In this document: in pieces, positions 39,718 through 50,143 of the stretch
Layout of the letters: each line of letters starts with the position of its first letter
Numbering within the stretch: position 1 is the first letter of the stretch
Source: Phycisphaerae bacterium
GTDB taxonomy: Bacteria; Planctomycetota; Phycisphaerae; UBA1845; Fen-1342
Length of the DNA: 64,000 nucleotides
Direction: 5' to 3'
NCBI GenBank assembly: GCA_963675745.2
Contig: CAXXWX010000016.1
Coordinates: forward strand, 160,001-224,000
Program-made: the position numbers and the translations under genes
The notes under the pieces: generated by a model
The model's database searches: none
Told to the model about the DNA's origin: nothing
The model's input: the letters and a program-made list of their open reading frames with translations, nothing else

Positions 39718-40528
39718 ATGAATGAAGCCATGCAGACAGCTTTGAAGAAGTTGCGGCTTTCCGGGATGGCGCAGTCGTTGGAGGTGCGTTTGCAGGAAGC
39801 GTCCAAGCCACGGACTCAACCACGCGGAGTTCTTGGAGCTGATTCTCCAGGATGAGTTGGCCATCCGCGCCGAGCGGCAGATGAACCGGCGGGTCAAGGC
39901 CGCCGCCTTCCGCGAACTCAAGCCGCTCGATCAATTCGACTTCGCGTTCAATCCTTCGATCAAGAAGAAACAAGTGTACGACCTGGCCACCTGCCGGTTC
40001 ATCCGCGAAGCGCGGGACTGCCTCCTGCTCGGTCCTCCGGGCACGGGCAAGAGCTTTTTGGTCCAAGCCCTGGGCTATCAGGCCATCAAGGCGGGATTCA
40101 CGGTGCTGTATCGCTCGATCTTCGATCTGGTGCGCGACTTCCTGCACGACGATGCCTTCGCCGGCATCGACCGAGTGCTAACCAGATACCTCAAACCGGA
40201 CTTAGTCATCATCGACGATTTTGGGATGAAGCAACTGCCGAAGCGCTCGGGGGAGTATCTGTTTGAGATCATCATGCGGCGCTACGAGACCCGCTCTACG
40301 ATCATGACCTCGAACCGGCCGCTGGAGGATTGGGGCAAGGTCATCGGCGACGTCCCGGCCGCTACTGCCATCCTGGATCGCTTCCTGCACCATGCCGAGG
40401 TCATCACCATCACGGGCAAGAGCTACGGCTGCGCAAACCAAGCCCGTGATAGCAAGAGCCCCAACGACCCGACCGACAACATGACGAGAAGAAGGGCAAG
40501 GTTGCGGCTCCCTTGCCGGACCCAGTGA
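39718..40528 (+). pseudogene. istB: IS21-family helper ATPase, frameshifted near 39805 and near the 3' end
   Basis: LKKLRLSGM N-terminus in another frame; GPPGTGKS, VIIDDFG, TSNRP..WG, AILDRFLHH. Confidence 0.85.
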
Positions 40529-41185
40529 GGACGGTATAGAAACATCAACAAAAGTGCTGGGTTTGAGGGCGCTCGCCTGGACTTCTCAGGCGCCTCCCGT
40601 ACTACGAGCGGCGGTAGGTGCATCCCCTTGGCTGTGTCCGACGGTTTCCCTCTGCGTGCCCGTGTAGGGTTCGCCATATCCGTCTCCATCGCCCGGCACG
40701 GTGTCCGGTCCTGTTTTGCTGGCGCGGATTCCCTTTGGCCAAGCCCCTTCCCTCCGCCCCCTCCGCACGGGGACTTCGCAGGTCTACGGGCCTGTCCGAC
40801 TTCTCGCGTCCGTTCATCATCGGCGTGTGGACTTCCCCACGGCCCGCAGCACCATCAGTTGCGGGCGGACACGAGATCTCCCGGTTCTCGCGCGAGGTGT
40901 TTCCGCACATGCACGGGGTCTCAGACCGCGCGGGGTCCCACCGCATCTCGCGATATCGATGCGTCGGATGTAGCCTTCCGCCTACCTCCACGGCGTCGGC
41001 ACCCCAAAGGGAGTTACTTTCGCGGCTCAGTACCCGGCCTGCACGTACCCCTGTCAACGCTTCGCCCCTGCCCTCGCGGGCAACGACGCATGACTCGGGG
41101 CCGCTGTGGGCCGCTAACCCTTCAACGTATGACTCCTTCATTCACTACACCTCGCCGGTTTATCCCGGCGCACGGAGGAACCAAC

Positions 41186-42055
41186 ATGTGTAGTCAGAGA
41201 ACGCGATGGACGTTGGTGCTGGTAGGGGTGCTGCTCCTCGGCGTGCAGGTTGACAATGTACCAGCCCAGGACTGTCCGGGGACGAACCCCAACCCAACGT
41301 ACGTGCAAACATACACCACGGCGGCGGACTTCAACTCCGAAGCCCCGCCGAATCAACAGCACGACAACTTCTGGATCAATCAGCCTATCCAGAACAACAC
41401 GCTCGGCGTGGAGGGAGAACTCAGGATCGGCTGGGATTCAGACCCTGTGACGCCAAGAGTGTTCCCTTACATTTGGGTGGCGTGCTCCGATCGAGGGACA
41501 GTAGTGCGCATCGCTACCGAACCACATCACTCGCCGGTGCACGGGAACGTGACGAGGGGGCAAATAGTGGGGGAGTATCTCACTGCTCCTGAAGGAGCGC
41601 CGAAGAACCCGTCGCGCACAACAGTCGATTTTGATGGGAGCGTTTGGGTCGGCAACCGGGACGACATCAAGATTGACGGGCTGGACATGGGGCACATCGT
41701 CAAGATCGGTACAGGCCTTGGTCACCAATGGATTGACCGCAATGGTAACGGGATGCTCGATACGTCAACGGGGCTGGGCGACGTTCGGCCCTGGCCGGAT
41801 TGCACGGGCGGTGACTTCACGGCCTCGGATATCGAGTTTGCTGAGGACGAGCTTACCCTGCTCTACCAACCGGTGACGGCCGAAGGGTTGCGCACGGTGG
41901 CGGTGAACCGCGACAAGAGCGTGTGGATCGGAGGGCATGAACGCCGGGCGGGGCCGGTTGGTTGGGGCGGGGGCTTCGAAGTTGTCTGGGGATGCAGGAA
42001 TTACGGGGCGGGGCGAATTCTTGGACCGCTGCTTGACTTGGGTGGCTCGGTCTGA
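41186..42055 (+). pseudogene. N-terminal fragment of a large secreted beta-propeller protein, truncated near 41940
   Basis: SD GGAGG, signal peptide MCSQRTRWTLVLVGVLLLG, PYIWVA..GTVVRI, PSRTTVD.DGSVWVGNR; sequence character breaks after VWIGGHE. Confidence 0.65.
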
Positions 42056-42468
42056 TATGATTCGGGGCGCGGGCAGGATAGCTTTTGTCAACAAAGAGAG
42101 GGGTAGCGCAAGTGTGTCGCAGGAGCGGGTTTACGGCACGGAGGGTGACGCTAGCTGGTGCCGGTCAGCACGGCGATGCGTGGCACGGTCTTGACGGCGA
42201 TGCCTGGGACCGCCTGGCCCTGATCCTCCAACGACACGACGGCGTCTGTGCGTTCGCACCTCAGGCTGCGGTGACTTTTCATCAAAGTGGCGAGATTCTC
42301 GCACGCCAACTTCGGTTTTCCGTGGTTTGTAGAGGGGGAGGGTACACCTGCAAGCGGGCGGGTGCAAAGGCTCTCTCGGGTCGGGCAGACGGCTGCCGCT
42401 TGAAGTCCGGCCCTTGCCCGTCTGGCGACTGAACGACTAGAGGCTCATCAGAAACAGGACAATCAACG

Positions 42469-42915
42469 ATGACAACTCTCAGACACGCATACCTTGCCGG
42501 ATTGGTAGTCACGGTGCTGCTGAGCACTCTCTGCACACCCGCGCTATCCGCCCCCGTCTTGGTCGCAGCAAGCTACGACGGCGTGATCTACGATGTTAAC
42601 CCGCTGACTGGCGAAGCATCCAATCCGCGTCACACTGGCATTGACTACATCTCCGGGATTGCCTTTTCAGCAGACGGAACGCTATATGCACAATCGGGTG
42701 AGTTCGGCAGTCCACCTGCGACTCTGTACACGATAGATCTGCAGACCGGCGCTGCTACACTACAAGGATATGTTGGTAAGACTGCGCGCGACATCGATGT
42801 TGACCCAACGACCAACAAGCTGTACGGCATAATGCCATGGCCTGGAATGTCCTACGCGGAGCTCTATACAATCGACACCGGGTCTGGTGTCCCAACTTCG
42901 ATAGGTGCCGCGCCG
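42469..42915 (+). pseudogene. Secreted beta-propeller protein truncated by IS256
   Basis: Signal peptide; repeats IAFSADGTLY / LYTID..TG; ORF runs into the IS256 inverted repeat. Confidence 0.65.
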
Positions 42916-44345
42916 GGAGGTATTGTCAAATATCGTTGATGGGCCGGCTTTCAGGCGGCGGCCTTCTCGGGTTTTTCTCCGTCGATGAACTTTGCTCCGG
43001 CGATGACTTCCGGCAGTAGCTTAGCCCCATTCAGCAGTCGCCAGCGTCGGGCGGCCGACTCGCAGAGCTTGAAGACCATCGCCAGGCACGCCACGCGGCT
43101 GCCGTTACCCTTCGTCCGCCGATGACGCAGTCGCACCGTCGCAAACGTACTTTCGATCGGGTTCGTCGTACGCAAGTGCAGCCAGTGCTCGGCCGGGAAG
43201 TCATAGAACGTCAACAACTCGACCCGGTCCTTCTGTAAGCACTCGACCGCGCCTGGGTACTTCGCGCTGTAGGCTGCAGCAAAGTGGTCGAACGCCTGCT
43301 CGGCATCCGCACGCGTCGACGCCATCCAGATCTGGTGCAGCTTCTCCTTCGCCCCGGACTGCACCTTCTTGGCCATCTTGTCCAGCACGTTGGCTGTCTT
43401 GTGCACCCAGCAACGCTGAGCCCGCGTGGTGGGCCACACTTGCGGCAACGCCTTCCAGAAGCCCAGGGCCCCGTCCGCCGTCGCCACCTTTGGGTCGAGC
43501 GTCAAGCCCCGTTGCTTGCAATCCAAGAGCAAGGTGTACCACGATTGCTCACTCTCACGATGCCCGTCGGCCACCGCAATCAGCTCCTTCTTGCCCTCGG
43601 CCGTGGCGCCCATCAAGACCAGAATGCACTGGCGATCCTCCTCCAACCGGACATTGAAGTGGATGCCGTCAGCCCACAGATACACGTACTGTTTGCCTTC
43701 CAGCGTGCGGTGGCTCCAGGACTTGTGCTCGTCCTGCCAGGCCGTCACTAGCCGCGTGATCGTGGTGGCACTCAACCCCGCCACCTGGGGACCGACCAGA
43801 GCCTGCAAGGCCTCGGCGAAGTCGCCCGTGCTCACGCCCTTGAGGTACAACCACGGGATCAGCTCCTCGATGGCCTTCGTCTTCCGCAGGTAGGGAGGCA
43901 GGATCTTCGAGCTGAACCGGGTGATCGGCTGACCTGCCGCGTCGATCGTCTGCCCCTCTTCGTCAATTCCGGCAACGCGTCGGTCCAGCACCCGTGGCTG
44001 CGTGACCGCCACCGGTCCAACTCCAGTGACCAGTCTGCGAGTCGGGTGATGGCCGTTGCGGACCACCTGTCGGCGGCCCTGCTCGTCAGTCAGACTCGCG
44101 TACCGCTCAGTCCAGTCGGCAACCTCCGCCTCAATTGCCTGTCCCAACAGACGTTGTGCCCCGTTCCGTAGGATTTCGGTCAACACATCCCGTCCCGGGA
44201 CTGGAATCGTCGTCGTAGCTTCGCTATTCTCCAACACCGGCGTACTCCTCTGCCCAACGTGGGCGGCTCGGAACCTTCGTTTTCAGATCCCGAGAGTACG
44301 CCGCCTTTTTTCGTCCCGCCATCAACGAAATTCGGTTATACCTCC
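42916..44345 (-). mobile_element. IS256-family insertion sequence
   Basis: Imperfect IRs GGAGGTATTGTCAAATATCGTTGATGG and CCATCAACGAAATTCGGTTATACCTCC; no matching target duplication. Confidence 0.9.
42951..44237 (-). CDS. IS256 transposase
   Basis: LYLKGVSTGDF, YLWADG, ADGALGF, QRCWVHK, TTNPIES. Confidence 0.95.
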   Translation of the reverse strand: MLENSEATTTIPVPGRDVLTEILRNGAQRLLGQAIEAEVADWTERYASLTDEQGRRQVVRNGHHPTRRLVTGVGPVAVTQPRVLDRRVAGIDEEGQTIDAAGQPITRFSSKILPPYLRKTKAIEELIPWLYLKGVSTGDFAEALQALVGPQVAGLSATTITRLVTAWQDEHKSWSHRTLEGKQYVYLWADGIHFNVRLEEDRQCILVLMGATAEGKKELIAVADGHRESEQSWYTLLLDCKQRGLTLDPKVATADGALGFWKALPQVWPTTRAQRCWVHKTANVLDKMAKKVQSGAKEKLHQIWMASTRADAEQAFDHFAAAYSAKYPGAVECLQKDRVELLTFYDFPAEHWLHLRTTNPIESTFATVRLRHRRTKGNGSRVACLAMVFKLCESAARRWRLLNGAKLLPEVIAGAKFIDGEKPEKAAA

Positions 44346-45706
44346 AGTCAGTTGCGGCCGACCACATGGACTACGCAAGCCCAACACTATTCTGGTTTGC
44401 TCCCTATGACCAGGACTATATAATGGATTATACCGTTACGTATACTGCTGACGTCACCAGCATTGTCACTGCAGTTGGAGGGAATGCAGATTACACCATA
44501 GGAGGAGCGCTTGATAAGGACGTCCCTGATCCAGATCCATCTGTCTATCTATACGCTCTAGGGGAGGGCGTTTCCCTGCTCGTGATCTATGAGAGCACAG
44601 CGGAGCCGGTCAGAGACATTATGGTGTACGTTGGGCTAACCTCAACTATGTCGAGCTACCCCCGCTATCACGCAACAGCAACACTTGGGTTTCCGAGTTT
44701 CTATCCAGGCTGCCAAGCCAAGTTCTTCATGAATGTATTGGACGGCCAGGCCAGCATTCCCGGCGAAGACTTCGTCGATCACTTCGTGGTCAACGGCATC
44801 GTTGTGGACGGGGCGCTTGGCACAATTGATATTGGGCACCCATTTGTTCCGGATGCGTGGCAGGGCACACTCGGTCCGGACAACGTCGAGCCCTGCGGCG
44901 TTTGGAACATGTACGACCATGCCTTCGGAGACGCGGGGCCGTTCATGACCCGAGGGGACACATCTTTGACGTTTGACACTACAGACCCCCAGCTCTATCC
45001 GCCAGCCTCGACGCCGGAGGCGATCGGTCACAGCTTCGCGTGCATCTCGTTCATTAACTGCGATCCTCTGCCCGAGCCGGGCGGGGCCTTTGATCGTAAC
45101 GGCAACTCTCTTCAGGACGCTTGCGATATTTACAACGGGACGAGCGAGGACTGTAACGGCAATTGCATCCCGGATGAATACGACATCGCCGAAGCGACCA
45201 GCGATGACTGTCAATGCCCGCCGAACGGCGTGCCGGATGAATGTGACATTGGGTTTGGCGACGTGGTGCTGGGGGAACCGGCGATCTACACCGTGGGTAA
45301 CCGTCCGACAGGTGTAAACGCGACGGCGCAGACCGCCGATGGTCGAACGGTGACTCTGGACATCGATAGTGACGGAGACGGTGATCTCGTGGCTGTCAAC
45401 TGGAGTGGTACTCCGAAGACGTTGACAATTCTCTGGAACGACGGCAGCGGCGATTTCGACGAGACTCCTTCGACGACGGTGGAGCTGACAGGAACCATCA
45501 GCCCGCACCGGGCGGCCGCGGGTGACTTCGACGGGGACGGTGATTACGACTTGGCCGTGGCGCGCGGAACCAGCAGCTCGGGGCAGGTGGCGATCCTGCT
45601 GAACAACGGGCTGGACCTCTCACCGCCGTACGCGTGGTTAGGCTTGACGCAGGCCGCGGACGTTTCCGTGGGGACCGATCCCAGATCGATCGTGACCGCC
45701 GACCTA

Positions 45707-46802
45707 TTGACCATTGAATAGCTAACGCAACAGACGCTGTTTGGCCGATACTCCTATGTATGAGACCCACAGGTACAGCCGAAGAACTGGAGCGGCGTCG
45801 ACGGAGAGCCATCGCGCTGCTAGACAAGGGCCGAGGCGTCCGGGAGGTGGCGGGCATGGTCGGGGCCTCGCCCGCAGCCGTAACTCGTTGGCGCCAGGCC
45901 TACGAGAAACGAGGGGAGGACGGGCTGTGCGCCAAGCCCCATCCGGGACGTACGCCCAAGCTCTCGTTGAAACAACGCCGCAAGTTGATCCGGTTGCTGA
46001 AGCGAGGCCCGGGCAAGCATGGCTATCACACGGAGTTGTGGACGCTGAAGCGGGTGGCCGAGGTGATCCGCAAGCACTTCGGGGTCCGCTACGACCCCTC
46101 CGGCGTGTGGCACGTCCTGCGGGGGATGGGCTGGAGCTGCCAGAAGCCCGAACGTCGAGCCCGAGAACGCAACGAGAAGGCCATCGAACGTTGGCGGAAG
46201 CAGGACTGGCCACGCATAAAAAAACGCGCGTCGCCGCGGGCGTAGCATTGTTTTTCTCGACGAAAGCGGCTTCATGCTGCAACCGGTGGTCCGCCGCACC
46301 TGGGCTCCCCAAGGCCAAACTCCCATTCATTACAGTTGGGACCGTCGCGATCGGCTCTCGGTTATATCTGCCATCAGTGTGTCCGCCAAACGCCGGCGGC
46401 TCGGACTCTACTTCGACATCCACGATCACAACATCGTCACCGATGATTTTGAGCGTTTCGTGGAAACGCTGCTGCGTCGTCTGCAACGGCGGATCATCCT
46501 GGTCATCGATCGGTGGTCGGTTCACCGTTCGGGGGCTCGACGGCTGCTTCGCCGGTTTCCGCGTCGCGTTCAGCTCGAGTGGCTGCCGGCGTACGCTCCC
46601 GAACTCAACCCCGACGAACAGGTCTGGAAACACACCAAGTATGACGATCTGGCCAACTACATCCCCGATGACATCCGAGCGCTCGGTCGAGCCATCTGCC
46701 GATCGCTTCGTCGGAGCCGAGGTCAACAGCCATTGTTGCGGTCGTTCTTCCCGCACGCAAAGCTCGGATTGTGAGATGTTACATTGTCTGTTCAATGGTC
46801 AA
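45707..46802 (+). mobile_element. IS630-family insertion sequence with TA duplication
   Basis: IR TTGACCATTGAA / TTCAATGGTCAA; TA at 45705-6 and 46803-4. Confidence 0.92.
45760..46774 (+). CDS. IS630 transposase in two frames (HTH ORF 45760..46245; DDE ORF to 46774), likely -1 frameshift at an A7 run near 46218-46224
   Basis: WTLKRV..GWSCQKP; FLDESG, VID, LPAYAPELNPDEQVW. Confidence 0.85.
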
Positions 46803-47697
46803 TAGATTCGGACGGTGATCTTGATCTGGCTACGGCCAACAAGGATTCGGGGAACATCTCCGTGCTTTACAACAATGGGTGGGGAACCTTCGCGGAGGTG
46901 ACGAACTCTCCATTCCTCGTGGGGGATTCGCAGTATGATGACGTTTACGGGATTGTGGCCGGCGACCTCGACGGAGACAACCTAGTGGATCTCGCCGCAG
47001 CGAATTGGACGGACAACTTGGCTGGGATCTTCCTCAATGCAAACAACGGCCCGGATGCCAATCTCAGTTTCACACAGGCAGACTCTCATTCCCTGGGGCA
47101 AGACGATCCCGAGCCCGAAAGCCTGGCGCTAGCTGACTTGGACCACGATGGTCATCTGGATATTGTAAGCGCCAACTACGAGAGCGAAACCGTGGGCGTG
47201 TTGCGGAACTTAGGTGGCAGCCCGTGGGCAGGGTTCGATGCGGTGGAGGAGTACATTCTCCCCTATGGCTTGATCCCGGAGTATGAAATAGCTCCCTACT
47301 TCGTGTTCACGCCCGATCTCGACGCCGACGGGCTCCCGGAAATCTGTACCACAGATGCGACGAACCTACGAGTGCACCTTACCCAGTTCGTCAACTTCAC
47401 GCAGCAGGCCGGTCTGGACTTCGCGGCCCCTGAACACACGGAGCTAGGAACCAGCGGGGATTTCGTGCATGCCGCGGTCGGGGACTTGAACGCTGATGGG
47501 ATGGTGGACTTGGCGGTTGCATGCAAGAAGGGCTCGGGAGAGGTCTGGGTGTTGCTGAACCTTACCGAGCCCCCCAACAGCCGAGACTATAATCCGCCAA
47601 ACGGCACCCCGGACGAGTGCGAATGCCCGGAGGTTGCTACGGTGTCCGCGGTGAGCCCGCCCGACGGGGCGATCGACGCGCGCAAGCCACATCCTAA

Positions 47698-49148
47698 TAT
47701 GACAGCGCTATGACGTATTGGCTCGGGCAGCTCGGTGTCTTCGGCTGGCGTAGGATGCTTCATTGCGTTCCTGCCAGTAGGCTATTTGTGCACCCAGGTC
47801 ACGGTAGCGCGAGTTCCATCTGGTAAACCGATCGCGAACGATGAGGTTGACCACCTGTGCCACCTGCTCGAACGTGATCCGCGGATTTTTCCCCCCGAAG
47901 CCGCTGCGTTTGCTCGGCCAGAAAGAGCATCGCCAAGCTGGAACAGAGCCAGTGTCTCATCAAACTACAGTACGTACGCACCTCAAAGGCACCCAACCCC
48001 GCTTCCTGCTTGGCACGCTCGAACCACATCTCGATGTGCCACCGGGCAAACGCCGCCTGCAACATCTCCAGCATCGACGCGCCGCCCGGAGCATTGCTGG
48101 CGAAGTACTTGACCTCTCCCGTCTCCGGTTGACGTGCCACGATCAACCAATACTTACGATCCGTGGGCCGCGATCGGGAGCCGCCGGTGTCCACCAGGTG
48201 GACACGCGCCGCCTTGATCTCCCATACGCACGGACCACGCGTCGTCTCTTTGATTCGTACCTTCCGCCACGGCTGCTCCCGGAACACCGGACTGTAGCGA
48301 CAGACGTTCTCAACTTTCTTGGCCGCGAAAGGGCCCTGGAGCGAATGACACGATGGATAGGTCGGCCAGCACAGGAAGTTGCTCGGCACCTCGCCGATCG
48401 CCCGTTGGCCCAGTTTGTCCAGCGCGAACCAGAACGCCGGAACCTTGCCGAATTCTTCGTCGAAGGTGAGCCACGCAAACCGGATGCCGTTGCCCGACGC
48501 TTCGCTGACCTGATCGAGCGCGATCTGCCAGGAGGGCTGATGGATCACGCTGTCGGGAATGTGGGCCCGCCGGCAACGCTCCCGATCCTTGGACCAACTC
48601 TTAGGAAGGTACAGGTCGCTGGCCAGCATGCACGAAAAGGGGTTGTCCCGGTCGTTGTCGGTATACAGCAAATGCTGGCCGATGACGCAGTTCTCGACCT
48701 TGCCGACCTCGCCACACCATTGACGTTGCACGCCGGGCGTCATCTTACCCTGTTTGCGGTGGCCGCTGGCGTCGACGACACCGACGGCGTGGTCGACGCC
48801 ATGGTGATCGGCCACGTAGTGTTGCATCAGCGTGCGGACGCGGAAGTCGTCCCACGGCAAGTGCGAGAGAAACTCCTGCAGTGTCCGCACGGCCGTGTTG
48901 CAGGCGAGGGCGATGGGCTCGACGCTCTTGCGGTCGAAGTCAGACATCAGCCCGCTAACGTAGTTCGCCAGGTGCTTGAAACTACACACCTTCGGAAAGG
49001 CGGGGCGGACGTTCTCGAGCAGCGCATCCAGCGCCGGCCGCAACGATCGTATCTGATCGGTGTTCATGAGCAGGTCTCCGGATTCAGCTTCCGGATTCCT
49101 TATCGTCAAACCCCTTCGCCAATCTTGAGCCCAAGTAGCGCTGTCATA
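47698..49148 (-). mobile_element. IS701-family insertion sequence with CTAA duplication
   Basis: IR TATGACAGCGCTA / TAGCGCTGTCATA; CTAA at 47694-7 and 49149-52. Confidence 0.92.
47799..49109 (-). CDS. IS701 transposase
   Basis: RKSVEPIA, GVQRQWCG..GKVENC, LYLPKSW, RWHIE..F..AKQEAGL..FEVR. Confidence 0.92.
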   Translation of the reverse strand: MTIRNPEAESGDLLMNTDQIRSLRPALDALLENVRPAFPKVCSFKHLANYVSGLMSDFDRKSVEPIALACNTAVRTLQEFLSHLPWDDFRVRTLMQHYVADHHGVDHAVGVVDASGHRKQGKMTPGVQRQWCGEVGKVENCVIGQHLLYTDNDRDNPFSCMLASDLYLPKSWSKDRERCRRAHIPDSVIHQPSWQIALDQVSEASGNGIRFAWLTFDEEFGKVPAFWFALDKLGQRAIGEVPSNFLCWPTYPSCHSLQGPFAAKKVENVCRYSPVFREQPWRKVRIKETTRGPCVWEIKAARVHLVDTGGSRSRPTDRKYWLIVARQPETGEVKYFASNAPGGASMLEMLQAAFARWHIEMWFERAKQEAGLGAFEVRTYCSLMRHWLCSSLAMLFLAEQTQRLRGEKSADHVRAGGTGGQPHRSRSVYQMELALP

Positions 49149-50049
49149 CTAATGATGCGACGACGCCTCTGTACGGCTTCGGGATGCCGGATGATCCGGG
49201 GACGGGCGCTAAGGACGAGTCCACCTTCTATCCGATCATAGTAGATATTGGGGTGGAGGATGCGGACAGACTGGAATGCTGGGCGATCTGTGAAACGGAC
49301 GGGGGCGCCCCGTTGGAGGAGGGGGCCAACTCCATAGTATCCTGCACGGATCTCGGGCAAGGCCGGTACGAACTGATCCTGGATCACGGTGCCAAGGCCG
49401 GGTATGTTACGACCATCGAGTATCTGGGCGATATCACCGGTACCAGCTATGTAGAGTACATCCACCTGCCGGCCGACGCCGACGGCAGCGGTGACTCCAA
49501 CGGCAACGACATAATCGCGGTGGTTGACTGTTTGAATCATCAGAACTGCGAGAACTATGAGGCGGACATCGACGCCTCGAACGACCAGACCGGCAACGAC
49601 GTCATCGAAGTGGTCGACCTGCTGAACGGGATGGGGGCTTACGATCCGTGGTTCATGGTCGAAGCACCGGAGAACAACGGCAACTGCCCGGCCTGTGTGC
49701 GCGACCTACCGCTCGGCCGCGGAGGCGAAGGCGACGGCGGGCGCGGGATTCAAAGTGCGCCGGAGGTTGAGCAAGAGGAGCAGCCGTTCGGGCCGTGGTT
49801 CGCCGGATATTTGATGGCAGCCGATCCGGCAGATGAGGGCGCGCTGGCGGAGCTTGTCATAACGGTAGAAGCCCTGACCCGCTGGTGCGCTGAGCAGCTC
49901 AGCTCGACCGAGAAGAGAGAGCTAATCACACTGCTGACCGACCCGGAGGCCGAGTTTGCGAGTGAGGCCGTCAGAGCGTTGGTGCCACGAATTGTCGCGG
50001 CGTTGCGGTAGCTGAGGAATCGAGTCAGACGCAGCGCACACGAAAAATA

Positions 50050-50078
50050 CCCCCCGGGCGGTGATCCCATCCGGGGGG
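50050..50078. terminator. Hairpin between convergent genes, possible terminator
   Basis: CCCCCCGG..CCGGGGGG stem preceded by AAAAATA (U-rich tail on the minus strand). Confidence 0.5.
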
Positions 50079-50143
50079 CATCGCTTGTGTAGAACGGTCT
50101 CCCGACTGCCGGCCGAGCTGGCAAGCGCCGGGATCAGTTGTTC

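Larger units (their letters stand above)
38652..41173 (-). mobile_element. 5' part of a class E-like group II intron (RNA 5' end plus disrupted RT N-terminal half)
   Basis: Minus-strand start GTGCGCCGGGATAAACCGGCGAGG at 41173; RT pieces [57 protein letters not shown]. Confidence 0.85.
44346..50011 (+). pseudogene. Large secreted protein (DCNxNG repeats, FG-GAP propeller, dockerin-like tail) interrupted by IS630 and IS701 and cut 5' by IS256
   Basis: ORFs 44366..45721, 46784..47713 and 49184..50011 join in frame once each IS and one target duplication are removed. Confidence 0.85.

Noticed and set aside
40602..41141. ORF MKESYVEGLAAHSGPESC (179 aa)
   Set aside because: Lies inside the group II intron ribozyme domains; a spurious translation of structured RNA.
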